Part shown: piece after piece, positions 54,438 to 63,658 of the stretch
Numbering within the stretch: the first letter of the stretch is position 1
Layout of the letters: every line of letters begins with the position of its first letter
Source: Burkholderiales bacterium
GTDB taxonomy: Bacteria; Pseudomonadota; Gammaproteobacteria; Burkholderiales; SG8-41
Length of the DNA stretch: 64,000 bases
Reading direction: 5' to 3'
Assembly (NCBI GenBank): GCA_964203275.1
Contig: CAXNMF010000016.1
Location: forward strand, 7,723-71,722
Notes under the pieces: model-generated
The model's input: the letters and a program-made list of their open reading frames with translations, nothing else
What the model was told of the DNA's origin: nothing
Database searches by the model: none
Position numbers and translations under genes: made by a program

Positions 54438-54457
54438 TAAATATTTGATTTAATTGA
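54438..54457. promoter_or_regulatory. AT-rich 20-mer TAAATATTTGATTTAATTGA, identical to 40737..40756
   Basis: It lies in the divergent region between the ICL/PEPM-family gene and the CbbQ-like gene. AAATATTT occurs twice, 10 nt apart. Confidence 0.5.
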
Positions 54458-54691
54458 AATATTTTATATTTATCGCGAGGTGTGATGCTAGGTGGCGACT
54501 GCGGGCTTATGCCGGATGTTCACGTTGTGGCGCAACGTACAGGGCGTACCCGATGGTCGAATTCCGATCAAATGCAGGGGCTGTCATTGGTGTTGCCGCA
54601 ACTGTATTAATATCGGGAGAAGGCGCGTTGTTTGCTTGCGTGCGAACCGTTGGCCTTGCGATGAACTCTTGAATCTGACTCTGGAGCGTTG

Positions 54692-55537
54692 ATGAAGACA
54701 GCAACAAACCGCGTGCGCGGCGTTGAACACGACATCGTGCAGACACCGCAGGTTGGCGACGTGTCGCCTTATTACGAGCCGCAGGGCAATGAAGTGGCGA
54801 TTTTCGAGGCCGCGTACAAGCGCCGGCTGCCGATCATGCTCAAGGGCCCGACGGGTTGCGGCAAAACGCGGTTTCTGGAATACATGGCCTATCAGTTGAA
54901 GCGCCCGCTGGTGACGGTGTCCTGCCATGAGGATCTGACCAGCTCTGATCTCGTCGGCCGTTTTCTGCTCGAAGGTGCGGACACCGTATGGCACGACGGC
55001 CCGCTGACCCGCGCAGTGAAGGTCGGTGCGATCTGTTACCTCGACGAGATCGTCGAGGCGCGCACCGATTCGACCGTGGTGATCCATTCGCTGACCGACC
55101 ACCGGCGCAAGCTGACCATCGAAAAGAAGGGCCAGGAAATCGACGCGCATGAGGATTTCATGCTGGTGATTTCGTACAACCCCGGCTACCAGACCGTGCT
55201 GAAGGATTTGAAGCCTTCGACCAAACAGCGTTTCATCGCGCTCAATTTCGATTTTCCGTCGGAAGAAGTCGAACGCAAGATTCTGGTCAAGGAAGTGCCG
55301 GGAACCAAGCCTGATGTCGCGGAGAAGCTGGTGGCCATCGGCCGCAAGGCGCGCTTGCTGAAGGATCATGGCCTTGAGGAATCCACGTCGACGCGCGCGC
55401 TGGTTTACGCGGCGAACATGATTTCCGCAGGGCTTGATCCGGTGGTGGCTTGTCAGGTGGCGATGGTCAATCCGATCACTGACGACGTTGAACTGTCAGA
55501 TGCTTTGATGGAAATCGTCAACGCGCATTTCGCCTGA
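54692..55537 (+). CDS. CbbQ/NirQ/NorQ/GpvN-family MoxR-class AAA+ ATPase
   Basis: Walker A GPTGCGKT and Walker B ICYLDE, about 280 aa, which is the size typical of this family. ATG 54692 with GGAG upstream. Confidence 0.85.
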   Translation: MKTATNRVRGVEHDIVQTPQVGDVSPYYEPQGNEVAIFEAAYKRRLPIMLKGPTGCGKTRFLEYMAYQLKRPLVTVSCHEDLTSSDLVGRFLLEGADTVWHDGPLTRAVKVGAICYLDEIVEARTDSTVVIHSLTDHRRKLTIEKKGQEIDAHEDFMLVISYNPGYQTVLKDLKPSTKQRFIALNFDFPSEEVERKILVKEVPGTKPDVAEKLVAIGRKARLLKDHGLEESTSTRALVYAANMISAGLDPVVACQVAMVNPITDDVELSDALMEIVNAHFA

Positions 55538-55663
55538 TTGCCAGACCTGTCGTTCCGGCACACCCAAAGGGGACTTCTTCCGGGATTGCACCGGAAAGAC
55601 GGGTTTAGCGCTTTACCAGCCACTCGCCACGCGTTTTAGCCACGAATCATCAGCCACACCTTC

Positions 55664-58171
55664 ATGAAATACACCCCCACCGTTGCGCAGACTTTCGCGG
55701 AGTTCAAGGAACTCAGCGCTGCCGCGTACAAGGAAGTCGAAGCCGTCTTGCCGGCGATTGCGCCGTATGGCGAGGCCGACACCCTGCACTGGCTCGAAGC
55801 GTGCAAGGCGCTGTACAGCTTCGAGCGCGATGCCGGTCGCGCCTTCATCCGCGGCAGTCTTGAGGCGGAGCAGGTCTCGGAAGAGGTGCGGCAGTGGACC
55901 GGTCAGGCGCTGGCCTTCATGCAGTGGCGTGCATCGTGGCGTGCGCTCGAAGGCTTCATGGCCAATGTCGCCCGCGCCTATGGGTCGCTGGGCCATGCCG
56001 GCGAAAAACGCTGGGCGGAAATCGGCTTCGGCTGGTGTGCGCGCCAGATTGAAAGCGGCGCTGCGTATTTTTCGATGCCGGTGCTGGATCTGTCGGGCCG
56101 TCTTGGCGGTATTACCGCGATCGAGCAGATTGCCGGTCCCGCAGACGAACTGTATGAATCGCGCAAGCTGATGCTGGGGACCTACCTCGCGGGTGCGGTG
56201 CGTGTGCGTAACCTGCTCGGTGCGCAGGCGATCCTGCCGTGGGCGTCACGCGGCGCCGACATCATGCAGACAGGTCGCGCTCGTGGTGAGGCTTACTTCC
56301 GGCTGGAATCCGAGGAAAGCCTGTCGATGCTGCTCGAGCATCTGCCCGGTTACCGGCTGACCGACCGCAACCGCCTGCTCGGCATGTTGCTGGATGTCTG
56401 GTTCGGCGGCGAATTCGACCTGAAGGAAAGCACCTGGTCCCCGGAAAAGGGGCGGCCGTTCATCGAGACCGATGGCAAGAGCATTTATTTCCCGGCGGTG
56501 ATGGCGGATCGTGAAGAGGCGATCCTCGCGCTGCTGCATACCGCAGGCCATATGCGTTATCGCACTTTCGAGCGTACGGCGCTGGAGCAGATGTTCGCCG
56601 AGGCCGGTGTTGATTTTCCGAAAAGCGGTGCGGTGTCATGGACGCCGCTGTTCATCAAATATGGCGATGACGCGCTGCGTTTCCAGTTGTTGTTTGATAT
56701 CTGCGAAGACCTGCGCATTGATGCCGGCGTGCAGCGTAATGTGCCCAATTACCTCAGGCGCATGCGCAATGCGGCGCAACTGTTGAACACGCGCCATACC
56801 GAGTCTGCAGCTTATTACGATCTGGCGCTGGAAAGTATTGACGCGGCGCTGGCTCAGTTGAGCGGCGGTCCCGTTGATGAACGTTTTGCGGCGCTGCTGC
56901 TGCCCGGTGCGACGGTGGCCGATGCCTACCGCGCGGCGGCAAAGCTCTATAACGGCAGCACGCTGCCGGTGGTGACTGATCTGGAGGCTTTCCAGGCGGC
57001 CTATCTGCCGGGCCGCAGCCCGAATGCGACGCGGCTGGCGCATCCCCAGGAATCCGACGAGCAATCCGATCAGCAGCAGGCCGGCGCCGAGCAGCAGAGC
57101 CAGGAACAGGAAGAGGGCGGCGAAGAAACCGAAGCGTCGAAAAACGCGGAATCCGGCGAGCAGCAGGAAGACGGCGAGAAGCAGGAAGTGCCGAGTTATG
57201 GCGATTCCTCGGGTCAGTCGGCGCGGGCTTCGGGTCAGAGCGACAAGGAAGGTCCGAACACCGGCAGCAGCGACAAGGGTATTCCCTATCCGGAATGGGA
57301 CTATCGCGAGTCACGCTACAAGCGCAACTGGAGCTGGGTGCAGGAGAAACGCCTCGCCGAATCGAATATGGGCGAGACCAATCGCCTGATGAAACAGTAT
57401 GAAATGGCGTTGAAGCGGCTGAAGAAGGCGATTCAGTCGCAGAAACCGACCCGCGCCGCCCCGCTGACGCAGCAGATGGACGGCGACGACATGGATCTGA
57501 ATGCGGTGGTGTCCTTTGTCGCGGAAAAACGCGCCGGGCAGTCGCCGCGGCCGGCGATCTACCGGCGGCGCGAAATCCGCCAGCGCGAGGTGGCGGTGAC
57601 ATTGCTCGCCGACATGTCGACGTCGATCATGCAGCATCTGCCGGAAGGCGGCGGCCGACTGGTCGATCGCATTCGCGCCGGCGTGCTGCTGTTCGCGGAA
57701 AGCCTGGAGGAAGTCGGCGACGCCTATTCCATCGCCGGTTTCTGCTCGAAGTACCGCGACAACGTCAGCTATTACACGCTGAAGGGTTTTGATGAGCATA
57801 TGTCCGACGACATCCGTGCGCAGATCGGCGGCATGTCGGGGCGTCTGGCGACGCGCATGGGCGCGGCGATCCGCCACGCCACGGCTTCGTTCGATGGCGT
57901 TGAAAGTCGGCGGCGTCTGCTGCTGTTGTTGTCCGACGGGCGTCCCGAGGATTACGACGATGGCGGCGACCGGCGTTACCTGCACGAAGATACGCGCATG
58001 GCGGTGAAGGAGGCGGTGGCCAAGGGTGTGCATCCCTTCTGCGTGACGGTGGACACGATGGCCAATCAGTACCTACCGCAGATTTTCGGACCGGGTCATT
58101 ACCTCGTGCTTGATCACATCAACAGCCTGCCCAACAAGCTGGCGGAGATCTATCTGCGGTTGCGGCGCTGA
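55664..58171 (+). CDS. CbbO/NorD-like protein with a C-terminal von Willebrand factor A domain
   Basis: 835 aa. C-terminal VWA with MIDAS DMSTS and LLLLSDGRPEDYDD. There is an acidic E/Q-rich linker. It sits directly after the AAA+ partner. Confidence 0.8.
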   Translation: MKYTPTVAQTFAEFKELSAAAYKEVEAVLPAIAPYGEADTLHWLEACKALYSFERDAGRAFIRGSLEAEQVSEEVRQWTGQALAFMQWRASWRALEGFMANVARAYGSLGHAGEKRWAEIGFGWCARQIESGAAYFSMPVLDLSGRLGGITAIEQIAGPADELYESRKLMLGTYLAGAVRVRNLLGAQAILPWASRGADIMQTGRARGEAYFRLESEESLSMLLEHLPGYRLTDRNRLLGMLLDVWFGGEFDLKESTWSPEKGRPFIETDGKSIYFPAVMADREEAILALLHTAGHMRYRTFERTALEQMFAEAGVDFPKSGAVSWTPLFIKYGDDALRFQLLFDICEDLRIDAGVQRNVPNYLRRMRNAAQLLNTRHTESAAYYDLALESIDAALAQLSGGPVDERFAALLLPGATVADAYRAAAKLYNGSTLPVVTDLEAFQAAYLPGRSPNATRLAHPQESDEQSDQQQAGAEQQSQEQEEGGEETEASKNAESGEQQEDGEKQEVPSYGDSSGQSARASGQSDKEGPNTGSSDKGIPYPEWDYRESRYKRNWSWVQEKRLAESNMGETNRLMKQYEMALKRLKKAIQSQKPTRAAPLTQQMDGDDMDLNAVVSFVAEKRAGQSPRPAIYRRREIRQREVAVTLLADMSTSIMQHLPEGGGRLVDRIRAGVLLFAESLEEVGDAYSIAGFCSKYRDNVSYYTLKGFDEHMSDDIRAQIGGMSGRLATRMGAAIRHATASFDGVESRRRLLLLLSDGRPEDYDDGGDRRYLHEDTRMAVKEAVAKGVHPFCVTVDTMANQYLPQIFGPGHYLVLDHINSLPNKLAEIYLRLRR

Positions 58172-58198
58172 GGTGTTGGGGCGCAGAATGGCCGCAAT

Positions 58199-58894
58199 AT
58201 GTTGAACAGCGATCTCATTGATATCCTGATCCGTCTCGGCGCCGCACTGGCCGCCGGCGGCATGATCGGTCTCGAACGCAGTTATCACGGCCGACCCGCG
58301 GGTTTTCGTACGCACACGCTGGTGTGTCTGTCATCGGCGCTGCTGATGCTGGTGACGGTTTATGAAAGCCAGTGGTTCATCCCTCACGGCACATCGCGGG
58401 TGGTGGTTGATCCGACACGCATGGCGCAGGGCATCATGACCGGTATTGGTTTTCTCGGCGCCGGCGTGATCATGAAGGAAGGTCTCGCAGTGCGCGGGCT
58501 GACCACGGCGGCTTCGATCTGGGTGACCTCGGCGATCGGCATTCTGTTCGGTATCGGCTTCTGGGTGCCGGCGATGCTGGCAGTGGCGGCGACGCTGGGT
58601 ACGCTGTCATCCTTCCGCTGGATCGAAAGCCGCATGCCTACCGAGTTCTACGCGCAGTTTCGTGTGCAGTTCCGCCGCGCGGATGCCATGCCCGAGAATG
58701 TGTTGCGCGACCTGGTGAAACAGTATGGTTTCAGCGTAGCCAACCTGAACTATGTGCTGACCAAGGACGGCGAGCGCTTTGAATACCGCATGGTGCTGCG
58801 CACACTGGATCAGTCCAATACGCCGAAACTGGCAGACCACCTCGGCAAGGAGCCTTCGGTGGTGGAGTTCCGCATCGCGCCGATCGGCGCCTGA
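58199..58894 (+). CDS. MgtC/SapB-family membrane protein
   Basis: N-terminal MgtC TM domain (GGMIGLERSYHGRPAGFRTH...) plus a soluble C-domain. The start is 27 nt after the CbbO-like stop. Confidence 0.85.
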   Translation: MLNSDLIDILIRLGAALAAGGMIGLERSYHGRPAGFRTHTLVCLSSALLMLVTVYESQWFIPHGTSRVVVDPTRMAQGIMTGIGFLGAGVIMKEGLAVRGLTTAASIWVTSAIGILFGIGFWVPAMLAVAATLGTLSSFRWIESRMPTEFYAQFRVQFRRADAMPENVLRDLVKQYGFSVANLNYVLTKDGERFEYRMVLRTLDQSNTPKLADHLGKEPSVVEFRIAPIGA

Positions 58895-58933
58895 CGGCGA
58901 GTCCGTAATGCGGCGGGCATGATTGCCGTAAAT

Positions 58934-58947
58934 TTGATATCGATCAG
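58934..58947. promoter_or_regulatory. FNR/CRP-type box TTGAT-ATCG-ATCAG (9/10 match to TTGAT-N4-ATCAA)
   Basis: Seen directly. Its centre is about 81 nt upstream of ATG 59022. Confidence 0.4.
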
Positions 58948-59021
58948 TACTTGCGCTTTCCACGGCACGGGTGCTTGCGGCACAATAACGCGGCCAGTTT
59001 ACATTTGAGAGGAGACTGCAT

Positions 59022-59522
59022 ATGGGACACACGTTGGAGCAATTCGCCGCGCAATGCCATGACTTCATCAAGGCCGAGCCGGGCCCTGCCGGACGCAAGA
59101 AGGTTGCGGCGCTGCTGCAGGAAGTGCTGAAAGACAAATCGTTCATCGACAAACATGTCGATTCCAGCGTCGGTGAACGCAAGATTCTTTACGAAGACCC
59201 CGAGTTTGGTTTCTGCATCCTTGCGCACGACTACACCGATGCCAAGACCAGCGATCCGCATGATCACGCGCACTCCTGGGCCATTTACGGCCAGGCGCGC
59301 GGCGAGACGCAGATGCGCGACTATCAGTTGCTGGAGCCGGCAACGGCCGACAAGCCGGGCAAGGTCAAGGAGACGCGTTCCTACAAGCTGACCCCGGGTG
59401 TTGCGCATGTCTATAACGAAGGCGACCTGCATTCACCGAAGCGTGTCGGGCCGACCAGCCTGATCCGCATCGAGGGTACCAATATGGCGAAGGTGAAGCG
59501 CTTCAAGTATCAGCCGGTCTGA
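59022..59522 (+). CDS. Cupin-like protein (cysteine-dioxygenase-type fold suspected)
   Basis: 166 aa with a His cluster DPHDHAHSWAIYG resembling cupin motif 1. RBS GAGAGGAG. Confidence 0.55.
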   Translation: MGHTLEQFAAQCHDFIKAEPGPAGRKKVAALLQEVLKDKSFIDKHVDSSVGERKILYEDPEFGFCILAHDYTDAKTSDPHDHAHSWAIYGQARGETQMRDYQLLEPATADKPGKVKETRSYKLTPGVAHVYNEGDLHSPKRVGPTSLIRIEGTNMAKVKRFKYQPV

Positions 59523-59538
59523 CCGGGTTTGATGCAAT

Positions 59539-59567
59539 AAAAAGGCTGCCCTCGGGCAGCCTTTTTT
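59539..59567. terminator. Bidirectional rho-independent terminator
   Basis: aaaaaggctgccc-tcg-ggcagcctttttt, between convergent genes. Confidence 0.85.
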
Positions 59568-59595
59568 GTTTCCAGGATTACTGAACGCGTGGCGC

Positions 59596-60891
59596 TTAGT
59601 GTTTGGCGTCGGCCGGAATGGTCGGCAGCGGGCCGGTGGCGAGGTTGTGCAGATGGCGTTTGCGCACCAGCATCATCGACAGCGATACGAACAGGCCGAA
59701 CATGGTGATGACCCAGTAAATCGACAGGTCGATTTTGATCAGCAACGCGTAAAGTCCGAGCATCGCCAGAATCGAAAGGTTCTCGTTGAAGTTCTGCACG
59801 GCGATGGAGTGGCCTGCCCCCATCAGGATGTGGCCGCGATGCTGCAGCAATGCGTTCATCGGCACCACAAAGAATCCGGCAAGACCGCCGATGATGATCA
59901 GCAGTGGAATGGCGACGGTAATCGAACTGACGAAGTTCATGGCGATGACGATCAGCCCCATCGCGATGCCGACGGGCACGACGTTGACGGCGCGGTTCAG
60001 CGGTACAACCTTGGCCGCAATGACGGAACCCACGGCGATGCCGACGGCGCAGATGCCCTGCAGCATGGTGGCTTTAGACAGCGAGTAGCCCAATGCGACT
60101 TCAGCCCATTTCAGCACGATGAATTGCAGCGTTGCGCCGGCGCCCCAGAACAGTGTGGTGGTCGCCAGCGAGATTTGGCCGAGCTTGTCGGTCCACAGCA
60201 GCTTTACGCAGTGCGCGAATTCGCGCACCAGGTAAATCGGGTTCTTGTTTGGCGCCCGGTGATCGACGCCGGTATTGGGAATGTAAAGGTTGAAGATCGC
60301 AGCTACGCCGTAGAAAAGCATGATGACGGCGATGGCGGCTTCCGCGGGCGAATCCACGCCGGTGTCGATGTGCGGCAGGTCGATGGACAGCAGCTTGCCG
60401 GACACCGTTGCGCTGATCAGTACGCCGCCCAGCAATGTCCCGAGGATGATCGAACTGACGGTCAGGCCTTCGATCCAGCCATTGGCGACCACCAGTTTAT
60501 GGTGCGGCAGGTATTCGGTGAGGATGCCGTATTTGGCCGGGGAGTAAGCCGCAGCCCCCACGCCGACCACGGTATAGGCCAGCAGGATGGGCAGATAGTC
60601 AGGCGCGCCGGGAATCTCCCAGAGCTCATGGAAGAACATCAACAGGCAGCCGACGACCTTGATGGTATTGGTGATGAACATCACCCGGCCCTTGGGCATC
60701 GAATCGGCGAAGGCGCCGACGAAAGCCGCGAACAGCACATACGACACTGTGAAAAAGAATTTCAGCAGCGGAGTCATCCATGCCGGCGATTCCATATGCA
60801 TCAGCAGCGCAATGGCGGCCACCAGCAGGGCGTTGTCAGCCAGCGACGAGAAAAACTGCGCCGCCATGATGATGTAAAAACCGAAGGGCAT
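59596..60891 (-). CDS. lplT: Lysophospholipid transporter LplT (MFS)
   Basis: 431 aa, 12-TM MFS. The N-terminus FYIIMAAQFFSSLADNALLVAAIALL matches my recollection of LplT. Confidence 0.8.
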   Translation of the reverse strand: MPFGFYIIMAAQFFSSLADNALLVAAIALLMHMESPAWMTPLLKFFFTVSYVLFAAFVGAFADSMPKGRVMFITNTIKVVGCLLMFFHELWEIPGAPDYLPILLAYTVVGVGAAAYSPAKYGILTEYLPHHKLVVANGWIEGLTVSSIILGTLLGGVLISATVSGKLLSIDLPHIDTGVDSPAEAAIAVIMLFYGVAAIFNLYIPNTGVDHRAPNKNPIYLVREFAHCVKLLWTDKLGQISLATTTLFWGAGATLQFIVLKWAEVALGYSLSKATMLQGICAVGIAVGSVIAAKVVPLNRAVNVVPVGIAMGLIVIAMNFVSSITVAIPLLIIIGGLAGFFVVPMNALLQHRGHILMGAGHSIAVQNFNENLSILAMLGLYALLIKIDLSIYWVITMFGLFVSLSMMLVRKRHLHNLATGPLPTIPADAKH

Positions 60892-61170
60892 GAATCAGAA
60901 GCGCGGTGGTCCGTCTGGGTGGTGTCGGGGGCTGTGCCGGTTAGTTACTGTATCTGCGCACGGTATTGGGGTTCGGTAGTCTTTGTGCTTCGCCAGGCAG
61001 CCGCGTTGAAAGGCCGGTTTTTATGGCGGACGATACAGAGACCGCGGCTTTATACCACAGTTCCGCTGCGGCTATTGTGGCTGTGCCCGGGACAGGCAGG
61101 CAAGGCAGCAGTTTCCGGTTGTGAATGATTCCTGGATCGGCTTTTTCGGGGGCGCACTAACAGGTAGTAT

Positions 61171-61186
61171 CGGTGTTTAGACACCG
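61171..61186. promoter_or_regulatory. Palindrome CGGTGT-TTAG-ACACCG just upstream of the LysR-family gene
   Basis: Seen directly. It ends 26 nt before ATG 61212. Confidence 0.3.
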
Positions 61187-61211
61187 ACCCTGCCGACCCC
61201 CGCATCCGCTC

Positions 61212-62120
61212 ATGGCCGACCGCCGCCTTCAGGTTTTTCACGCCGTTGCCCGCCAGCTGTCGTTTACCAAGGCGGCCGAACAGCTGTTTATGACACAGCC
61301 TGCCGTCACCTTCCAGATCAAGCAGCTGGAAGAACACCTCAACACGCGGCTGTTCGAACGAAACCATGGCCGCATTTCGCTGACGCCGGCGGGCGAACTG
61401 GTGTTTGGTTATGCGGAAAAAATCCTGACGCTGTCGGAGGAACTGGAAACCCGGGTGGGCGAGCTGACCGGGGCCATCAGCGGCCCCTTCCTGCTGGGGG
61501 CCAGTACAACGGTGGCCGAGTTCTATCTGCCGCAGATTCTGGGCGAGTTCAAGGCGCTGCATCCCCATGTCCAGGCGCACATGACCGTCGCCAACTCCGA
61601 AATCATCGCCACCCGCGTGGCCGAACATGCGCTGGACCTCGGGCTGATCGAATCGCCGGCGCAGTTGAACGGCGTCAATACCGAAGTCATCTGCGAGGAT
61701 GTGCTGGTGCTGATCTGCAGCCCGAAACACAAACTCGCAAAAGCATCCAGTGTGTCCGCGGCCGATGTCGCCGGCGAGCCCTTTGTCAGCCGCGAATCCG
61801 GTTCAGGCACCCGTGAAGTGGTAGACCAGTACTTCCTCCAGAACAAAATTTCGCCTGACGCGATCAATGTGGTCATGGAACTTGGCAGTCCGGAATCGAT
61901 CAAGGGTGTGGTCGAGACCGGACTTGGCGTATCCATACTGTCCCGCGCCACGGTTTCGAAGGAACTGAAGCTCGGGGTACTCGTCGCGGTGCCCCTGGAT
62001 CCGCCGTTGATCCGTGCGCTGTCGGTGGTGACGCCGCATGGCAAATTCCGTTCACGCCTGCTGACCACGTTTGTCGAGTTCGCGATGCTGCGCATGAAGG
62101 AAATGGCGGCCGCGCGATGA
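61212..62120 (+). CDS. LysR-family transcriptional regulator
   Basis: N-terminal HTH (LQVFHAVARQLSFTKAAEQLFMTQPAVTFQIKQLEE). The start is ATG 61212 inside track ORF 61173..62120. Confidence 0.85.
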   Translation: MADRRLQVFHAVARQLSFTKAAEQLFMTQPAVTFQIKQLEEHLNTRLFERNHGRISLTPAGELVFGYAEKILTLSEELETRVGELTGAISGPFLLGASTTVAEFYLPQILGEFKALHPHVQAHMTVANSEIIATRVAEHALDLGLIESPAQLNGVNTEVICEDVLVLICSPKHKLAKASSVSAADVAGEPFVSRESGSGTREVVDQYFLQNKISPDAINVVMELGSPESIKGVVETGLGVSILSRATVSKELKLGVLVAVPLDPPLIRALSVVTPHGKFRSRLLTTFVEFAMLRMKEMAAAR

Positions 62121-62136
62121 CGCGGGCTGCCGCGAT

Positions 62137-62532
62137 GTGCTGAACACAGACATGCCAACCACCGATCACGATGAAATGCGCCTGCTGGCGGTGTTCCGGG
62201 CGCTGGCGGCATCCGACCGGCATGCGCTGCAGGTTTATGCCGAGTTTCTATCAGTGCGCAATGGAGCCGACGGGGTCGCTGCGGCCAATGCCAAGCCGCA
62301 ACCGAAGTCGCGGCCCGATGGCGAATCGGTGGTGATGGCCATCCGGCGGCTGACGCGAACCTATCCGATGCTCGATCGCCGCAAGCTGATGGGGCACACC
62401 TCGCAGTTGATGGCGGAGCACGCTTTGCAGGGCCGCGCCGTGGCTGAGGTGATTGAAGAACTGGAGCTGCTGTTCGCGCGCCACTATCACGATAATGTCA
62501 GGCATGAAGATAAGCTCAGGCATGAATCCTGA
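62137..62532 (+). CDS. Hypothetical protein
   Basis: 131-aa ORF between the LysR gene and alr. I recognised no motif. Confidence 0.45.
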   Translation: MLNTDMPTTDHDEMRLLAVFRALAASDRHALQVYAEFLSVRNGADGVAAANAKPQPKSRPDGESVVMAIRRLTRTYPMLDRRKLMGHTSQLMAEHALQGRAVAEVIEELELLFARHYHDNVRHEDKLRHES

Positions 62533-62550
62533 TGATCACGACTGGATGAC

Positions 62551-63621
62551 ATGCCGCGACCGATAACCGCCACCATCAATCTTGCCGCGCTGGCGCATAA
62601 CCTCGGTGTCGCGCGCGCACATGCGCCGCACGCCAAGGTGTTTGCGGTGATCAAGGCCAATGCCTATGGCCACGGCCTGCTGCGCGCTGCGGGCGCATTG
62701 CGTGCCGCCGATGGTTTTGCAGTCGTCGAATTTGAAGCGGCGCTGCAGTTGCGCGCCGCAGGCTACGCGCAACGTATTGTTTTATTGGAAGGATTTTTTG
62801 ATCGTCGTGAACTCGCCGAAGGCGCCGCCCGTCGCCTGTCGACGGTCGTGCACTGCGAAGAGCAATTGCGCCTGCTCGATGGTCTGCCGGCGGGCGCGCG
62901 ACTGGACGTGTTGCTCAAGGTGAACAGCGGCATGAACCGGCTCGGATTCGTGCCCGATGCCGTCGCTGCGGTGCATGCGCGGTTGCAGGACCATCCCGCT
63001 GTCGGCAAGGTGACGCTGATGACCCATTTCGCGGATGCCGACGGTGCTCGTGGCGTCGACTGGCAGCTGGCGACGTTCGAAAGTGCAGTGGCAGGCATTG
63101 CCGCACCGCGCAGTCTCGCAAACTCGGCAGCGACGCTGCGTTATCCGGCGACGCATTTTGACTGGGTGCGCCCCGGCATCATGCTTTATGGTTCATCGCC
63201 TTTTGCCGAGCAGAGCGCTGCGGCGCTGGGACTGCAGCCGGTGATGACGCTGGCCTCGGAAATCATCAGCGTGTGCGATCTGCAGGCCGGCGACACCGTC
63301 GGATACGGCGGAATGTTCCGCGCTGACAAACCGATGCGCATCGGTGTGGTGGCCTGCGGTTATGCCGATGGTTATCCGCGCCATGCGCCCAACGGTACCC
63401 CGGTCAGGGTGGGTGATAGACTCACCGGCACTGTGGGCCGGGTGTCGATGGACATGCTTTGCGTGGATATCACCGACCTGCCGGAAGCGAATGTGGGCAC
63501 GCGCGCCGTGTTGTGGGGTGAGGGCAATCCGGTGGACGATGTCGCGCAAGCGGCGGGCACGGTCAGCTACGAGTTGATGTGTGCATTGACGGCAAGAGTG
63601 CCGGTCATCGAACAGGATTGA
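62551..63621 (+). CDS. alr: Alanine racemase
   Basis: PLP-lysine motif VIKANAYGHG and C-terminal SYELMCAL. 356 aa. Confidence 0.9.
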   Translation: MPRPITATINLAALAHNLGVARAHAPHAKVFAVIKANAYGHGLLRAAGALRAADGFAVVEFEAALQLRAAGYAQRIVLLEGFFDRRELAEGAARRLSTVVHCEEQLRLLDGLPAGARLDVLLKVNSGMNRLGFVPDAVAAVHARLQDHPAVGKVTLMTHFADADGARGVDWQLATFESAVAGIAAPRSLANSAATLRYPATHFDWVRPGIMLYGSSPFAEQSAAALGLQPVMTLASEIISVCDLQAGDTVGYGGMFRADKPMRIGVVACGYADGYPRHAPNGTPVRVGDRLTGTVGRVSMDMLCVDITDLPEANVGTRAVLWGEGNPVDDVAQAAGTVSYELMCALTARVPVIEQD

Positions 63622-63658
63622 AGCGGCGTTAAAACAACAAAGCAAGGGGAGGGCAGCC

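Noticed and set aside
54388-54453. A 21-codon hydrophobic mini-ORF (MLLNCVLSLVDVAVKLIKYLI) running through the AT-rich 20-mer
   Set aside because: It has no SD sequence, and the twin motif copy at 40737 has no equivalent ORF. It is most likely fortuitous.
57040-57200. Repetitive-looking GAG/CAG-rich DNA inside the CbbO-like gene
   Set aside because: It encodes an in-frame acidic E/Q/D-rich linker (low-complexity protein). It is not a tandem DNA repeat, CRISPR or intergenic element.
59566-61128. A 520-aa plus-strand ORF overlapping lplT
   Set aside because: Its composition (His/Asp/Gln/Arg/Gly runs) is the mirror of a hydrophobic MFS gene. The minus-strand frame gives a clean 12-TM LplT-like protein.
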